Positions 61,730-64,000 of a DNA stretch of 64,000 nt are shown here, piece after piece. The stretch's first letter is position 1. Each line of letters starts with the position of its first letter. This stretch comes from an uncultured Pseudomonadota bacterium (GTDB taxonomy: Bacteria > Pseudomonadota > Gammaproteobacteria > Burkholderiales > SG8-39): assembly GCA_903921325.1 (NCBI GenBank), contig CAIXPL010000016.1, positions 469,145 through 533,144 on the forward strand, in the 5' to 3' direction. The translations under genes were made by a program, and so were the position numbers. The notes below the pieces were generated by a model. The model was not told the DNA's origin and made no database searches. It was given only the letters and a program-made list of their open reading frames with translations.

Positions 61730-64000
61730 ATGCTTGGACTGACTCTACGAGAAGAATTTCGGGGTAGTCGCCTCAAAGGCACAGCCATTGAGCTCTCCAA
61801 CGACACGAACACCGGCGCGACTCAGATCACAGCCCAGGAGTTCTTGGAGATTACGTATCCAACCCATGACCTGCTAAAGGGGATTGAGGCTGTCGGCCCG
61901 AACCAGGGGCGTCCGGTTGTGGTGATCGGCGAACGGGGCCTAGGAAAATCTCACTTGATGGCTGCGCTGTACCACGCGCTGAACGATACGAAATCGACGG
62001 GTGCGTGGCTGAAATCCTGGGCCACCACCTTGGGCGACCCGCAGATCAGCCAGATCGGGTTGCGCAGCGGAATGATGGTGATCGGAGAGAGCCTTCACCG
62101 GCAGCGCAACAAGTTTCTATGGGACTTGCTTTTCGAGCGCCATCCCAATGGCACCTACATCAAGGGCAAGTGGGAGGGTATGGGCGCAGCGAAAACCGAC
62201 ATCCCGTCCGACAAGCTGATTCTTGAGCTGTTGCAGCACACGCCGACGATGCTGCTTCTGGACGAATTCCAGACGTGGTACGACGGCCTGACCAACACCA
62301 AGCAGTACCCCTGGAAGAACTGGGCGTTCAACTTCATCCAGATCCTGTCCGAGATCGCCAAGGAGCATCCGGAACTGCTGGTGCTCGTGATTTCGGTTCG
62401 CAACGGTGGCAGCGACGCCTATCAACAAGTGCATCGCGTCAATCCGGTCGCCATCGACTTTATGGCGGGCGGCAACCCCGAGCGGGTCCAGCAGGATCGA
62501 CGCCGGATGCTGCTGCATCGTTTGTTCACCAACCGGCTTCAGATCACTAAGGCCCAGATCGCTTCGCTCATTGAATCTCACGTGACCGAGAGCTTGCGTT
62601 TGATGGAGGTGCCCACCGCTGAGCACGAGCGCAAGCGTAAGGAATTCCTTGTCTCTTGGCCGTTTGCCCCGCATCTGCTGCGCCTGCTTGAAGAACAGGT
62701 GCTGATCGCCACAGATGCCCAGGACAAACGCGACATGATTCGCATCCTGGCCAACCTCTACAAGAGTCGTGGCGAGATGGCCCCGGTGCTCACGGCTGCG
62801 GACTTCCGTCTTGACGACGATGCTTCGGGTATTGGCGCGCTGCTCGACTCCGTTTCCAATGCGCATCACCGAACACTGCGTGCGAAGGCTCAGCAAAACA
62901 TTATTTCGGTTACCGAGGCAGTCTCCGACCACGCCAACCTTGCCCCGCACCTCCAGGAGATCGTGAGCGCGTTGTGGCTGCGATCCATTGCTGTCGGCAA
63001 CTTGGCTGGTGCCGAACCGGCAACCCTGCAGGTCGACATCACGCGCACGAAGGCCGTTGACGACAACGCCTTCCAGGTGGAGCTAGCGACCATCGTCGAG
63101 AACAGCTTCAACATCCACCAAGAAGGCCCCCGGCTCGTCTTCAAGGAGGAAGAGAACCCTCGCGCCAAGCTGATGGCTTGTGCTCGAAACGACAAGCTGT
63201 TCACGGACCGCTCTGACCAAGCCCAGCTTGCCAAGGAGGTTCGCTACGTGATCGGTGGCACCGAAGAGGTCGCCAAGACCTTCCGTGTGATCGCGCTACC
63301 GAAGGCTTGGCAGACCGATCCTTGGGTCAGTCTGGATGAAGCTGAGCAACCGGAGCGTTGGGACGACCGCCTGCCCGTTTTGGTGCTGCCAGAGGAACCG
63401 GACAACATCGACCAGCGCCTGGGCCGCTGGATCAAAGATCATCTGCAGAAGCGCCGCAACACCATCCGCTTCCTGCTGCCGCGATCCGGCTCCACCAATG
63501 CCTTCCTGGATCGCGACCTGTTGATCCTGGCGCGTGCTGAGATGAAGGCGCAGGAATGGAGCGGCCAAAGCCCCGAGTACAAGAAACTGCACACCGAGTA
63601 CCAAGGGGCGCTGCGCGACATCCTGAAAAAGCGCTTCGACCGTTTCGCGGTTCTGCATCGCTGGAATTTCGCAGATCCGAGTCAGTGCGTATTCAGCGTC
63701 GAGAGCCTGAAAAAGCAAGGGGCTCAGATTCCCGAGTGCATCGAGGAGGCGCTGATTAACGATCTGTTCGTGCCCGAGGACTTTGAAGACCTCGTGCTCG
63801 AAGCTGCGGCAGACAACTCGGCCGTTGGCAAGCTGCTGCGCGAGCTGCAAGAGCCTCGCCCTGCTGGTCAGGACTGCATTCCTTGGCTTGGCGAAACCGC
63901 AATGAAGGAACGCATCCTGCGGCTGTGCGCGCGGGGCAAGGTCGTCATCAACTTGCGCGGCCGTGACTACTTGCAGACCCAGCCTGGCGAGGATGAAGAC
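61730..64000 (+). CDS. DUF499/COG1483-like P-loop ATPase (BrxC/PglY-related), 5' partial; the gene runs off the window end
   Basis: My own translation gives ATG 61730 (GGAGA 9 nt upstream) open for 757 codons to the window edge. Walker A GERGLGKS lies at 61928-61951 and Walker B MLLLDEF at 62249-62269. ITYPTHDLL...SHLMAALYHAL and WPFAPHLLRLLEEQ resemble DUF499. The ORF is not in the supplied track. Confidence 0.65.
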   Translation, partial: MLGLTLREEFRGSRLKGTAIELSNDTNTGATQITAQEFLEITYPTHDLLKGIEAVGPNQGRPVVVIGERGLGKSHLMAALYHALNDTKSTGAWLKSWATTLGDPQISQIGLRSGMMVIGESLHRQRNKFLWDLLFERHPNGTYIKGKWEGMGAAKTDIPSDKLILELLQHTPTMLLLDEFQTWYDGLTNTKQYPWKNWAFNFIQILSEIAKEHPELLVLVISVRNGGSDAYQQVHRVNPVAIDFMAGGNPERVQQDRRRMLLHRLFTNRLQITKAQIASLIESHVTESLRLMEVPTAEHERKRKEFLVSWPFAPHLLRLLEEQVLIATDAQDKRDMIRILANLYKSRGEMAPVLTAADFRLDDDASGIGALLDSVSNAHHRTLRAKAQQNIISVTEAVSDHANLAPHLQEIVSALWLRSIAVGNLAGAEPATLQVDITRTKAVDDNAFQVELATIVENSFNIHQEGPRLVFKEEENPRAKLMACARNDKLFTDRSDQAQLAKEVRYVIGGTEEVAKTFRVIALPKAWQTDPWVSLDEAEQPERWDDRLPVLVLPEEPDNIDQRLGRWIKDHLQKRRNTIRFLLPRSGSTNAFLDRDLLILARAEMKAQEWSGQSPEYKKLHTEYQGALRDILKKRFDRFAVLHRWNFADPSQCVFSVESLKKQGAQIPECIEEALINDLFVPEDFEDLVLEAAADNSAVGKLLRELQEPRPAGQDCIPWLGETAMKERILRLCARGKVVINLRGRDYLQTQPGEDED

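Noticed and set aside
62117-62950. 277-aa minus-strand ORF (and 63296-63850, 184 aa)
   Set aside because: Both are antisense to the long plus-strand ATPase ORF, which has Walker A/B motifs and an upstream Shine-Dalgarno sequence.

Overview
GC-rich proteobacterial chromosome segment. Gene content and order look like a Burkholderiales-type betaproteobacterium: four Bug/TctC-family binding proteins and a fur-bamE-dapB-carAB-greA-yhbY-rlmE-ftsH-folP-glmM housekeeping block at about 10.6-23.1 kb. The first 10 kb carries a DMT transporter, relA, a small KAS/ACP/hydrolase/thiolase operon, a DUF4337 protein and a Tat-signal amidohydrolase. From 23 to 59 kb the window is a mosaic of catabolic and transport modules: E1 alpha/beta with a TRAP transporter and an FAH hydrolase, an aromatic-type oxygenase cluster, an Orn/Lys/Arg decarboxylase, maiA, a Liv-type ABC transporter, amidohydrolases and an LVIVD protein with a COG0523 GTPase. 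Small, visibly lower-GC inserts interrupt this mosaic: vapBC, an AbiEii-like nucleotidyltransferase with a 78-aa partner, a Doc/Fic-like protein with a degenerate motif, and a Fic gene remnant. The last 4.4 kb is a lower-GC stretch (DUF3293, Sel1-repeat protein, excisionase-type HTH). It ends in a long ORF that is absent from the supplied ORF track because it runs off the window. That ORF is a DUF499/COG1483-like (BrxC/PglY-related) P-loop ATPase and is the best candidate for the 5' end of a defence or DNA-modification locus. Two genes (ftsH and one Bug gene) carry clear 1-nt frameshifts, and two more have conserved N-terminal motifs upstream of any canonical start codon. All four sites sit at short G/C runs, so assembly indel errors are a real possibility. 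Several in-frame or intergenic tandem repeats are present. I found no rRNA, tRNA, CRISPR array, transposase or integrase. All family calls come from reading motifs by eye; no database search was run.
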